From positions 1 to 61,469 of IMG/VR virus record IMGVR_UViG_3300048838_000933: a stretch of DNA of 61,469 bases. The stretch is one strand, 5' to 3'. Shown here piece after piece: positions 43,653 through 52,859 of this stretch (within the stretch, counting starts at the first letter, position 1; each line of letters begins with the position of its first letter). The translations under genes were made by a program, and so were the position numbers. A model generated the notes under the pieces. It was not told the DNA's origin and searched no databases. It was given only the letters and a program-made list of their open reading frames with translations. The stretch is from a virus. Its lineage: Duplodnaviria > Caudoviricetes.

Positions 43653-46293
43653 GCAGGAGCTACTCGAGCAGGCCCGACGTGTCGCCCTGCCGTCACTGAT
43701 CGGCATGGAGATCGGCCACACGATCTGGGAAGGCGGCTGGCAGCCGTACCCGTTCATCCTCGACGCCGAACGCGAACTGGTGTCTGCTGCGGTCAGCCCC
43801 GAGCAGGAGTGGTACATCCTCAACGCCCCGAACCAGATCGGCAAGCTCCTGACGCTCGAAACGCCAATTCCGACTCCCAGTGGTTGGACCACGATGGGCG
43901 AGGTTCAGGTCGGCGATCGGGTACTTGGGGCGGACGGGAAGCCCTGCAACGTCACCAACGTGTCCCACATTCAGCGCGAGCGGATCCATCGCCTCGTCTT
44001 CGACGACGGCTCGACCGTGGAGGCTGGCCCGGAACATCTCTGGCAGACGTTCGATTTCGACAGCTTTCGCTCCTACTCCGGCAGCAAGCGGGGGGGCGAC
44101 CTGCGGATTGAGCACGACCCGGAATGGTGGGACTGGCGCAGTGCGGGCGGCAAAGGCTCCGAGGTTCTCCGCACCGACGAGATTCTCGCGACGCTGACCA
44201 ACAAGCGCGGCCAATCCAATCACTCAATCCCCAACACCTTCCCGCTGGAGCTACCGCGCGCTGACCTTCCGATAGAGCCGTGGGTGCTCGGCTACTGGCT
44301 TGGCAACGGTGGTCGGGGAAGCGGGTCAGTCACCACGGGCTCGCTGGCAGGGGACTTCGACGAGAAGCACGTTTGCGGAAAGCTGGATGATGCTGGATTC
44401 GGCTACTCGGTGAGGTCCGACGACGCCCGAGGGCAGTCCAGGATCCATGTTCGCGGGCTGATCTCCCAGTTGAAATCGCTCGGCATTGAACATAACAAGG
44501 CGGTGCCACCCGAGTATCTGCGAGCATCGAAGGATCAGCGCCTGGCGTTGCTGGCGGGCCTCATGGACTCGGACGGCGGGCCGGAGAACGCCAAGAAACT
44601 GAGCGGGTCAGTGTCGTTCTCCTCCAAGGATGAGCACCTCGTTGAAGCCGTCCAGGAACTCGCCCACTCGCTGGGGTGCAAGACGCGCCGGCTGGACCGC
44701 CAAGCGAAGCTGAACGGCAAGGACTGCGGGCCGTCGCATCGAGTGTTCTTCACGCCACCGTTCAACCCGTTCACCCTTCCCCGCAAGGCCGCTCTCTGGC
44801 AACCCAGCGAAGAGACCGGTCGGGCCATGCAGCGTCGAACCCGCCAGATCGTCGACATTGAGGTGCTTGAGGAGGTGGTGGAAATGCGATGCATCTCAGT
44901 CGACTCGCCCGGCAATCTCTATCTGGCTGGCGAACAGATGGTCCCCACTCACAACACCAGCTACGCGACGCTGTTCATCTTCTGGTTCATCGGCATGTTC
45001 CCGGACCGTCAAGTCATCTTCATCTCCTACTCGGAGGGCTACTCGTCGGAGATCGGCCGCAAGGTGCGCGACCTGTTCAAGATGCACGGCGAGCGACTGT
45101 TCGGGCTCGAGGTCGACCCTGACAACGACTCGCAGGGCGACTGGTCACTCAAGGGCCACCCGTCGGGCGGGATGCTGTCGGTGGGTTGGACCGGCCAGAT
45201 TCAGGGACGTCAAGGTCACCTGGTCTGGATCGACGACCTCCTCCGCACCATCATCGAAGCAGCGTCCGCCACCACGAAGGACGCTCAGTGGGCAGAATGG
45301 CAGGGCACCATCTGGGGCCGTCGTCAGCCGGGCTCGCTGTACGTCGTGTCGCAGACCCGTCTCGCCGAAGACGACCTGTCGGGGAGGCTGATCAAGCAGA
45401 TGGAGACCTCGGAGGCCGGCATCGGTTGGAAAGTGCTGTCCTACCCGGGCCTGTGTTGGGTGCCGGAGAGCTGGGAGGGCCCACCCGAGGAGTACCGGGA
45501 CCGCCTTGGTCGGGCCGCCGGGGAGCCGCTGATCACCCGCTTCTCCCGCCCCGACGACACCCCCGACAAGAACTGGTGGCTGCTCGCCAAACGCCAACTC
45601 GACAACCCGCAGGTGTTCGACTGCATGGTGCAGCAGAACCCCACCAACTCCGAAGCTGGCATGTTTCCCGAGGATCGCTGGGTGAAGCTACCGCGAGCCG
45701 AATGGCCGGAGCGCTTCGTCGCGACCCGCGTGTGGGACATCGCCGGCACCGAAGGGTCCGGCGACTTCACGGTCGGCGCGTACCTGTCCAAGGACTTCGG
45801 TGGTCGCTACTACATTGAGGGCCGCTATCGAGAACAGGTGGGCCCTGAGGAGGGGATTTCCCAGGTGAAGAAGCACGCAGAGGTCGACGGGCACGGCGTC
45901 ACCATCCTCATCGAGCAGGGCAAGTCCGGCTCAGAGAAGCAGCTCATCGAGTTCTACCAGCAGCACCTTCCCGGCTACACCGTCGAGCCAGCCAAGACCG
46001 ACGGGACCAAGGAGCAGCGCGCCCTGACCTACTCGGTGCTTCAACGGCAAGGCAACGTGGTGCTACCCGCCGACGAGGAGGACGCCGAGTGGGTGGAGAA
46101 GTGGATCAAGGAGCACAAGGGGATGATGGGCGACGGCAGACGCCCGCGCCACGATGACCAGATCGACGTGGGCGCCTACGCGGTCAGGTGGCTGGCCCAA
46201 CACGAATCATCGCAGTGGCGCGACCCGAACGACGACCTCGACCCCGAACGTCAGATGCAGTTGGAAGCCATGCTGGAGGCGATGGGCATCTAG
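43639..46293 (+). CDS. terL: Terminase large subunit, intein-containing
   Basis: Walker A GK/TS, Walker B WIDD, QTR, WDIA, HDDQID nuclease motifs. Confidence 0.95.
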   Translation: MSTTEQELLEQARRVALPSLIGMEIGHTIWEGGWQPYPFILDAERELVSAAVSPEQEWYILNAPNQIGKLLTLETPIPTPSGWTTMGEVQVGDRVLGADGKPCNVTNVSHIQRERIHRLVFDDGSTVEAGPEHLWQTFDFDSFRSYSGSKRGGDLRIEHDPEWWDWRSAGGKGSEVLRTDEILATLTNKRGQSNHSIPNTFPLELPRADLPIEPWVLGYWLGNGGRGSGSVTTGSLAGDFDEKHVCGKLDDAGFGYSVRSDDARGQSRIHVRGLISQLKSLGIEHNKAVPPEYLRASKDQRLALLAGLMDSDGGPENAKKLSGSVSFSSKDEHLVEAVQELAHSLGCKTRRLDRQAKLNGKDCGPSHRVFFTPPFNPFTLPRKAALWQPSEETGRAMQRRTRQIVDIEVLEEVVEMRCISVDSPGNLYLAGEQMVPTHNTSYATLFIFWFIGMFPDRQVIFISYSEGYSSEIGRKVRDLFKMHGERLFGLEVDPDNDSQGDWSLKGHPSGGMLSVGWTGQIQGRQGHLVWIDDLLRTIIEAASATTKDAQWAEWQGTIWGRRQPGSLYVVSQTRLAEDDLSGRLIKQMETSEAGIGWKVLSYPGLCWVPESWEGPPEEYRDRLGRAAGEPLITRFSRPDDTPDKNWWLLAKRQLDNPQVFDCMVQQNPTNSEAGMFPEDRWVKLPRAEWPERFVATRVWDIAGTEGSGDFTVGAYLSKDFGGRYYIEGRYREQVGPEEGISQVKKHAEVDGHGVTILIEQGKSGSEKQLIEFYQQHLPGYTVEPAKTDGTKEQRALTYSVLQRQGNVVLPADEEDAEWVEKWIKEHKGMMGDGRRPRHDDQIDVGAYAVRWLAQHESSQWRDPNDDLDPERQMQLEAMLEAMGI
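43846..44955 (+). mobile_element. Class-3 intein with LAGLIDADG endonuclease (370 aa) in Walker A
   Basis: LLTLETPIPTPSGW...EHLW...MRCISVD...PTHN/T; LGYWLGNG, LAGLMDSDG. Confidence 0.92.
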
Positions 46294-46820
46294 GCGAACG
46301 GCCAGTGCGACGCCTCGCTCAACAGCGGACGTTCCGGCGCCCGGGGCGCCTCGACCCACAGGGTGACTTTCTGGTTGCGGACCTGGCGCGATTCGGGTGC
46401 CAAGATCACGAACGGCAGCCCGAGACGCGGGTACGGCGCGTAGAACGTCGACGCCTCCGGAACCTCCAGCCGCCACGCTGGCACCAGCTCGCCGATCATC
46501 CCGATCGCACCGGTCCGGCTGAGGGCCGGGTGGCATTCCCGGACGTTGAGGGCGCGCCGGATCGACTTGGTGGCGTTCAAGTCCGTCGATCGAACACCTT
46601 TGGTGCGCATCCCCCGGTTGTCGAAGCAGTGATCGAACATGGTTTCGAACGTTCGCTTCCAAGCGATCGCCGGCATGGCGACGTCGACGCGATGCTTCGC
46701 TGCGTCGGTGACGTCGCGGTCCATCCATCCGAGCACGCCCTCGCGCCACCGCTCACCCATCTGGTCGGCCACGATCTCCATGACCCTCCCATGCTGGCGG
46801 CGCGTCAGGCGGACGATCAC
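46290..46820 (-). CDS. Hypothetical protein
   Basis: Last gene of minus operon, converges on terL. Confidence 0.6.
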   Translation of the reverse strand: MIVRLTRRQHGRVMEIVADQMGERWREGVLGWMDRDVTDAAKHRVDVAMPAIAWKRTFETMFDHCFDNRGMRTKGVRSTDLNATKSIRRALNVRECHPALSRTGAIGMIGELVPAWRLEVPEASTFYAPYPRLGLPFVILAPESRQVRNQKVTLWVEAPRAPERPLLSEASHWPFA

Positions 46821-47008
46821 CCGTCGCTTACCTTCGGGTATGGGTTCTCCATCGCGTCCAGCAACGAGTCGATGGCACTCCACAGCGTCGGCCATTCCGA
46901 ACGGTGACGCCGAAGCGTCTGCTGGTGAAACTCTGGCTGTGGGCCAGCGTTCGTGATCGCTTGGCGGATTGCGTGTGCGGCAACTTCCAGCGCCATGTTC
47001 TCGCCCAT
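46817..47008 (-). CDS. Hypothetical protein
   Basis: Coupled ORF. Confidence 0.55.
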   Translation of the reverse strand: MGENMALEVAAHAIRQAITNAGPQPEFHQQTLRRHRSEWPTLWSAIDSLLDAMENPYPKVSDG

Positions 47009-47153
47009 CAGACGGCCCTTCCTGCTCGGTTTGCGTCGTCCTTGCTGGGTGCTCCGAAGCTCGCAAACCACTCGAGCACCGGGACCAAGGCATCGGTGAT
47101 TTCCCAGATCAGCACCTGGACGGCGGCGGGGAAGTAGTCGCGAAGGTCCGGCC

Positions 47154-47378
47154 TCACGACAGGTCTCCGTTGCTGAGGAGGTAGGCCATGTTGCTGATCT
47201 GCCCGTCGATGTCGACGAGCGTCTCCGCGAGAGACACAGCCTCCTTCGGGTTGGCTTCGCACCAGTCGTACGGCGAGTCGAACCCGGCCCGCGACGACAA
47301 CGCCATCACTGCTCGGCGTAGATCTGGGTCGGTCTTCATGGATTCACGGATGATCGCTGCAGCTTCAACCGGAGACAT
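47154..47378 (-). CDS. Hypothetical protein
   Basis: GGGAG RBS. Confidence 0.6.
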   Translation of the reverse strand: MSPVEAAAIIRESMKTDPDLRRAVMALSSRAGFDSPYDWCEANPKEAVSLAETLVDIDGQISNMAYLLSNGDLS

Positions 47379-47748
47379 TCTTCGCTCCCTTCATGTCGAT
47401 CTTCGATCCGACGACCCGGATCGTTCGGGCGCCGTCGCCCATCTCGATCACACCGTAGGCGACGAGCCGGTGTAGCGAGTTGTGTGCCGCCGAACCCGAG
47501 CACCCAACCCCATTGGACACTTCGGTCACCGATGGCGGCCAGCCGTTGTCGACGATGAAGTCGCGCACGAAGTCGTACACGTCGACGTCACGTTCGGTCA
47601 GAGTGAGCTTCCGGCTGATCCCGGCCCGGGCCAGTCGAGTCGACACAGTCCCGACCGACACGTCGAAGTGGGCGGCGGCGGCAGCATGGGTGGCTCCCGG
47701 GTTCTGGTCGAAGAACTCGGCCAGCTCGTCGAGCGTCAGATGTTGCAT
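47365..47748 (-). CDS. HTH + LexA DNA-binding domain protein lacking the S24 peptidase
   Basis: LTERDVDVYDFVRDFIVDNGWPPSVTEVSNGVG...LHRLVAYGVI...ARTIRV; 127 aa. Confidence 0.85.
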   Translation of the reverse strand: MQHLTLDELAEFFDQNPGATHAAAAAHFDVSVGTVSTRLARAGISRKLTLTERDVDVYDFVRDFIVDNGWPPSVTEVSNGVGCSGSAAHNSLHRLVAYGVIEMGDGARTIRVVGSKIDMKGAKNVSG

Positions 47749-47758
47749 GTGGTCTCCT

Positions 47759-48409
47759 TCACTGGTGCCTCTTGGATCGCCGGCCCGGTTTGCGCAGGAC
47801 CAGCAATCTCGAGGAGTTGGAACGTAGGTGCTTCTGCGTTGCGTGCTTCGGCTGCGGGCCGGGTTCGCCGAGGTGGACGGCGATGTCGTCAACCTTGAGC
47901 CCGAGGGACAGGGCGTGGTTGATGGTGTGGTACTCGCCCGGCCAGACCGAGCCCGACGAGATGTAGTTCGACACCTTGGCAAGAATCAGGCCCTGCGGGC
48001 GGAGCACTCGGGCGCATTCGGTGAGCCCGTCGTTGATGTACTGCTGGAGGGAAGCTGGCGACCGGTAGGCGAGATCGATCCCATATCGAGCGTTGAACTC
48101 AGGGATGGTCGAAGTTGCCTTGCCCCCGGTGGACACGTAGGGAGGGTCATAGGCCACAACATCGACGGACTCATCCGGCTCGGGCAGGGCTCGAAAGTCG
48201 ACGCCGTCGATCTTGAGGTCATGGGCGGTGAATCGCACCACGTACTCCTCGCGCCGCCAATGCCACCATGTGCCCCGCCCGAACGTCACGTCCATGACGA
48301 CTGGCCCGCCCGGCACCATCGCCCACGGCTTCGAGTTGACGTGAATCTCGAAGATCGCCTGGATCAACTCCGAGTTGGTGCGCCACTTCTGCACCTCGAG
48401 CCAGGTCAT
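47759..48409 (-). CDS. Amino (N6A/N4C) DNA methyltransferase
   Basis: MDVTFGRG SAM motif; DPPY. Confidence 0.85.
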   Translation of the reverse strand: MTWLEVQKWRTNSELIQAIFEIHVNSKPWAMVPGGPVVMDVTFGRGTWWHWRREEYVVRFTAHDLKIDGVDFRALPEPDESVDVVAYDPPYVSTGGKATSTIPEFNARYGIDLAYRSPASLQQYINDGLTECARVLRPQGLILAKVSNYISSGSVWPGEYHTINHALSLGLKVDDIAVHLGEPGPQPKHATQKHLRSNSSRLLVLRKPGRRSKRHQ

Positions 48410-48943
48410 TCGTTCTCCCATCTTCCTTCGAGTTCGGGGACCACCAGGTCGGCGGTCGGCAGGTCTTTGGTGCGGCGACGCATCGGGCCGTCGATGTCGA
48501 TGTGGACCTGGGTGCGCCCGCCGGCCACGCCCGTCATGCTCCAACGGGCGCGAGCAGGCTCCACATCCCATCCATGCACCAGCCCGGCCCGGTCGACGAC
48601 CAGCACCATGACGCGCCGAGCGTCGAACGACTGACCCGGCCCGCTCACAGGAACGACCTTCCTTGATAGCGGGGAGACGTGTCGCGGATCATTGGCACGA
48701 CGCCCACGCCGCCGCATTCCCAGCACGGCGCACCGCCAGGGCTCGGACCCCATCCGTCCGGCTGGATGCCGGGGCAGTCGGTCATGCACGACGGTTCTTC
48801 CCAACACCCGTAAGAGCATGTGGTGGTGCCGTTGTTGGCATTGAATCCGGCGAGAAAGTACGGGCAGTCACCGCGCCATCCGTCGTCGGTGCAGTGCTCG
48901 GGGTCCATCCCGAGGCACGATGCGCAGATCACCGAACGCTCAC

Positions 48944-49291
48944 TCACGCCGGCTCCAAGGCCATCTCGATCGAGGCCATCAGGGCGGGCTCGACGAGCGC
49001 ATGATCGCGCAGCGCCCGCACCGCCCAGAACGTCCCGAACCATCGCAGCGAATCCTCGGCGAACGGGTTGTAGTCGTAGCCGATAGCCACGACACCGTCG
49101 GCGTCGGTGATGCAGGCGGTGCGCCCGGCGAGCGGCGCCAGGCAGTAGCGGACAAACTCGTCGACCGCATCGACGAGCGCTTCGATGTTCGGCAGGTGTA
49201 GCCCGTCAGGCATCATCGACACACAGAACGACGGTCTCAGCTCCTGGGTGTAGGCCATGGGCAGCTTCACTCGTGGCGGGACGTGCGTCAC
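48944..49291 (-). CDS. Hypothetical protein
   Basis: GAGGTG RBS, coupled. Confidence 0.55.
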   Translation of the reverse strand: MTHVPPRVKLPMAYTQELRPSFCVSMMPDGLHLPNIEALVDAVDEFVRYCLAPLAGRTACITDADGVVAIGYDYNPFAEDSLRWFGTFWAVRALRDHALVEPALMASIEMALEPA

Positions 49292-49782
49292 GACTTCACC
49301 TCGGGCTTGACGGGCTCGACAGCGATCTTCTTGCCCTTGCCGTCGAAGCGTCCGACGTCCGACTTGTCGATCCCCATCCGATCCAGCGCACCGGTCTTCG
49401 GCATGGCTGACGGCGACACGTAGCAGTCGGCCATCAGCTTGATCGCCTCCTCGGCAGCCTCGCCCGGCGAACGGACCTCGCCCGTCTCCAGGTCGACGAC
49501 CGCCCGCTTCTTCACTTCGGCCACCACCTTGTCGTGGTACGGCAGCCACCTGCCTTCGTTCGCGACCCGATACCGCTGGCCTCCGAACTCACGGGGGCTT
49601 TCCAGGATCGAGATGAGCTGGGTGTCGATCAGCCCGAGCAGCACGTTCGCCTTGCGGCGCAACTCGACGATCGACTCTCGCAGCACGATGGCGGATTCGA
49701 CGTCGAGCGAGTCGGTGTCCTCGACCATGTCCTCGAGCACGTCGGTCATCGCTGCGATGTCTGGATGTAGTTGTTCGATCAT
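49288..49782 (-). CDS. Hypothetical coiled-coil protein
   Basis: GGAGG RBS. Confidence 0.65.
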   Translation of the reverse strand: MIEQLHPDIAAMTDVLEDMVEDTDSLDVESAIVLRESIVELRRKANVLLGLIDTQLISILESPREFGGQRYRVANEGRWLPYHDKVVAEVKKRAVVDLETGEVRSPGEAAEEAIKLMADCYVSPSAMPKTGALDRMGIDKSDVGRFDGKGKKIAVEPVKPEVKS

Positions 49783-49979
49783 GACCCTCCTTGAGAGGTG
49801 AGATGCCAACCTCCGCACGCCGCGCATTCGTACACGCGAGCGGGCAGGGTTGGTCTGGTTGGATGGTTCTCCCGAATCGACTGGGCGACGAACGCCGCCG
49901 ATCCGTGGTCCTTGTAGCGGACCTTGTCCGGGTGGGCGTCGCAGGTGCGCTTGCCCGTCTTGCCGACGCGCCGCTTCAC
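49779..49979 (-). CDS. Small Zn-finger protein
   Basis: KVRY...RVYECAACGGWHLTS. Confidence 0.65.
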   Translation of the reverse strand: MKRRVGKTGKRTCDAHPDKVRYKDHGSAAFVAQSIRENHPTRPTLPARVYECAACGGWHLTSQGGS

Positions 49980-50422
49980 AGGTCCGTCATGTTGGCGTCA
50001 CGGAGGAACGGCTCCTCCTCCTCGCTGTAGGCCGGCGCCCGCCCGCCCGTAGTCCCGCCGGTTGAGCCGTCGCGCTGGATGCGTTCCACCGAACACTCGG
50101 CCCACTTGAGCGACGGGCCAGCATCGTCGAGAATCACCTCGGTGACCGAACGCTTGTTACCCTCTCGGTCCTCGTAGCTGCGCTGCGAGATGCGGCCCGT
50201 CACGATCACCCGGTCACCCTTGTGGAGTGAGGCGGCCAGATGTTCTCCCAGCTCGGCCCACGCGACCAGATTGATGAAGCTGGTCTCTTCCTGCCACTCG
50301 CCGTTCACCTGGTATCGACGGTTGACGGCCAGCCCAGCCGAAGCCACACCCCGCCCACTCGTCGTGTAGCGAAGATCCCAATCTTTTGTCAGGTTGCCTG
50401 ACAGCGTCACCGTGTTGTCCAT
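49976..50422 (-). CDS. ssb: Single-stranded DNA-binding protein
   Basis: VTLSGNLTKD...LHKGDRVIVTGRISQRSYED...EEPF. Confidence 0.95.
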   Translation of the reverse strand: MDNTVTLSGNLTKDWDLRYTTSGRGVASAGLAVNRRYQVNGEWQEETSFINLVAWAELGEHLAASLHKGDRVIVTGRISQRSYEDREGNKRSVTEVILDDAGPSLKWAECSVERIQRDGSTGGTTGGRAPAYSEEEEPFLRDANMTDL

Positions 50423-50423
50423 G

Positions 50424-50816
50424 TCACTCTCCTCGCTTGAGTCGGATGGTGCATCCGACGATGTCGTCGTCTCCGACGATGTCTTCGACCCGACACAGCC
50501 ACTCGACACCAGCGTCGAGTTCGGGAGCCAGTCGGGCCGCAACCACCTTGTTGATGTGGCCGATCATGTGTCCGTCCCAGTGGACTTCGATGGCGTTCGA
50601 GTCGTACTGGTTCTTCGGGTTGCGCCGCAGCTTCAACCACATCGTGCTCGGCTCGGCCATCCGAAGTTCCTGCATGTCGAGCAACGTCTTGGGGTACTGC
50701 TCAACGAAGCTGACGCCCGCGATCTGGGTCGAGAAGGGCGACGTCAGCGGCTGCGGTTTGCGGCCCGCCTGTCGGGCGAGTTCGCGCTCTCGTTGTTCGG
50801 CTTGCTTGGACTGCAT
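50424..50816 (-). CDS. HIRAN-domain protein
   Basis: IAGVSF...LRRNPKNQYDSNAIEV...IGHI. Confidence 0.85.
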   Translation of the reverse strand: MQSKQAEQRERELARQAGRKPQPLTSPFSTQIAGVSFVEQYPKTLLDMQELRMAEPSTMWLKLRRNPKNQYDSNAIEVHWDGHMIGHINKVVAARLAPELDAGVEWLCRVEDIVGDDDIVGCTIRLKRGE

Positions 50817-50818
50817 GT

Positions 50819-51577
50819 TCACTCTCCTTGTTGGTTGGTTCGCTCTGAAACGATCGCTCGCAAGATCGGGCGGCACTCGTAATCCCATTCGACTTCTGAG
50901 CAGCCCGCCGGGTCGATGCCCTTGGAGGCCAACACCTTGAGGAACCGGCCGTACTCCTCATCGGTGAGCGCCGACTTCGCTCCGGCCCGCCAAGTGTTCA
51001 AGCGTTCGGAGTCGATGGCGTCGGTCAGCCCGTCGGAAGTGGGAGCAGCGGCGGGAGGCGGACCCGCCTGCTGCTCCCGGACCGGCGAGGCGGGCGGGCC
51101 CGCCGGTCGATCTGTGCGCTTCGGACGCGTCGTGAAGTGGACGAGCACCCGATACTTCTCGGTGCCGTCGTCATTCGCCTCCAAGGCTTTCCACACGACG
51201 ATCTCGTCGCCGGCTTCGAGTTGGTCGAGACGCTCCTTCATGTGTCGACCTTGGGCGCCGTCGGTGCGATGGGTGCGGATCGGCTCGACGCCGTCCGGGT
51301 AGTTCTTGGTTGGCTTGCCTATGTCGATGTGGACCAGGCAGCGGGTGCTGGACTGCTCGACTTCGTGGCTGACGTACGTGGCGACGAACACCGCTGCCTC
51401 CAAGACTTCGGTGGCGATCGCCCACTGGCGCGAACGGTCATTCATCATCGCCGCGATGCCCGGGATGGCCTGGTTGACCTTGCCCATCCACTGCCCTTCG
51501 TTCGAGCCCTTCGGCCCAGCCGACGCGATGGCCGCGCTCAGGATCAGCGGCACGAGTTCGTTGTTCGGTTCGGTCAT
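50819..51577 (-). CDS. Hypothetical protein (position suggests recombination/annealing)
   Basis: 252 aa upstream of HIRAN-ssb; Pro-rich linker. Confidence 0.65.
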   Translation of the reverse strand: MTEPNNELVPLILSAAIASAGPKGSNEGQWMGKVNQAIPGIAAMMNDRSRQWAIATEVLEAAVFVATYVSHEVEQSSTRCLVHIDIGKPTKNYPDGVEPIRTHRTDGAQGRHMKERLDQLEAGDEIVVWKALEANDDGTEKYRVLVHFTTRPKRTDRPAGPPASPVREQQAGPPPAAAPTSDGLTDAIDSERLNTWRAGAKSALTDEEYGRFLKVLASKGIDPAGCSEVEWDYECRPILRAIVSERTNQQGE

Positions 51578-51780
51578 GAGTCCTCCTCGGTGGTCGTTAC
51601 CTTCGGGTCAGCACCATCACGCAAGCCGTTGGCATACCCTCGGTCGTAGCCGTCGTGTGCTGCCTTGAGCGCCGACGCTCGGGTGTCGTCTGACCTGACG
51701 AAGCGGTGCTCGACTCCGTCATCGGTTGTCACGAGAACGACCCACGGCCGCCCCTCAGTGCTCTCGATTCGGACGATCAC
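51574..51780 (-). CDS. Hypothetical protein
   Basis: Coupled ORF. Confidence 0.55.
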   Translation of the reverse strand: MIVRIESTEGRPWVVLVTTDDGVEHRFVRSDDTRASALKAAHDGYDRGYANGLRDGADPKVTTTEEDS

Positions 51781-51808
51781 GGCGCGGCCCTTCCTGTTCG
51801 GTATCGGT

Positions 51809-52075
51809 TCATGCTGGGTTCCTGATCTCTATGACGAAGCGGATGGAGATGTAGTCGAACGACCAGCGCCGCTTGTCGCCCTTTGAGATCGGGCTCGTCT
51901 GGAGCATCTGCTCCCGGGTGGAGCGGATGTGCTCGAGCGCCGCCCGGTCGTACTTGTCGGCCTGCTTCTCCATCCCCTGGAGGTAGTCGCGCGCCCATTT
52001 CACTGCTGCTGACTGCGTGTCTTTGCGCGCCCCGAGCCCTAGTTCGTTCGGCGTGCCGTAGTGGACCTCGATCAC
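51809..52075 (-). CDS. Hypothetical protein
   Basis: GTGA-coupled to HTH gene. Confidence 0.55.
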   Translation of the reverse strand: MIEVHYGTPNELGLGARKDTQSAAVKWARDYLQGMEKQADKYDRAALEHIRSTREQMLQTSPISKGDKRRWSFDYISIRFVIEIRNPA

Positions 52076-52515
52076 GGGAGGATCTCCGCAGCCAGAGCAC
52101 TCGGCTTCCACACGACCGCCGCCCGCCCCGACCCGGTCGGCCGGCGCAGGCCGGAGTCGGTGATCCAATTCTTGCGCATCAAGTCGTTGACCCGGGCCGA
52201 CACGGTCTGGTGTGGACGCCCGAGGATCTGTGTGAGCTGGTAGACGGTGAGCCCGCCAGCCAGGGCGATCTCGTCGAAGCAGATGCGGGCGAGCCCGGAG
52301 ATGTCGCCGAGGCTGGCGCCGGCTGCGGCCGAGGTCTCAGTCGAGTTGTTGCTTCGGGCGGCCCGTCGGCTGAGTTGTTCGAGCCCGAGGGTGCGGTGGT
52401 TGAGGACGGCCAGGTTCAGGTCGCGTGCTTGCTGCGGGCCCGGGTAGTCGTTCCAGCGGTAGGCGGCGTCGATGATTGCGTTCTCGGCGCGTCGCCTGGT
52501 CGATCGTTCAGTCAT
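52072..52515 (-). CDS. Winged-HTH DNA-binding protein
   Basis: GLTVYQLTQILGRPHQTVSARVNDL...DSGLRR..SGR.AVVW. Confidence 0.85.
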   Translation of the reverse strand: MTERSTRRRAENAIIDAAYRWNDYPGPQQARDLNLAVLNHRTLGLEQLSRRAARSNNSTETSAAAGASLGDISGLARICFDEIALAGGLTVYQLTQILGRPHQTVSARVNDLMRKNWITDSGLRRPTGSGRAAVVWKPSALAAEILP

Positions 52516-52576
52516 GGCGTGACAGCTCTCCTTCGGTGATGATATGACTCTAGCGGATGTGCGTTTGCGAATCAAT
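52511..52576 (-). promoter_or_regulatory. Promoter with two operator-like boxes
   Basis: Minus TTGATT-17bp-TAGAGT; boxes 52536-52548 and 52511-52523. Confidence 0.6.
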
Positions 52577-52859
52577 CATTCTTGATGGTGATGACCAGCT
52601 CGTCGCCGATCGTCATGACGTCCGGCTCGACGCGCGCGCCGTCCACGAACGCGTGAATCGAGATCGCCACATGTCCGAGGTCCGTGCCCGCCGATGCGAC
52701 AGCGAACAGGGTCAGCCCCGAATGCTCGAAGTCTTCGTCGGTGGCGACGAACTGGACGTGCTGCGCGTGCGCCGGATTCTCGACGTGGTGACGGATCAGA
52801 CCCGTCCACTTCGCGGTGTGGACGTCGGCAGCTTCGGTGAAGTCGGATGCTTCGCTCAT
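52572..52859 (-). CDS. Hypothetical protein
   Basis: GAAGGA RBS. Confidence 0.6.
   Translation of the reverse strand: MSEASDFTEAADVHTAKWTGLIRHHVENPAHAQHVQFVATDEDFEHSGLTLFAVASAGTDLGHVAISIHAFVDGARVEPDVMTIGDELVITIKND

Noticed and set aside
46634-46647. Degenerate SOS box CGAACatggTTTCG
   Set aside because: Mismatched and inside a coding region
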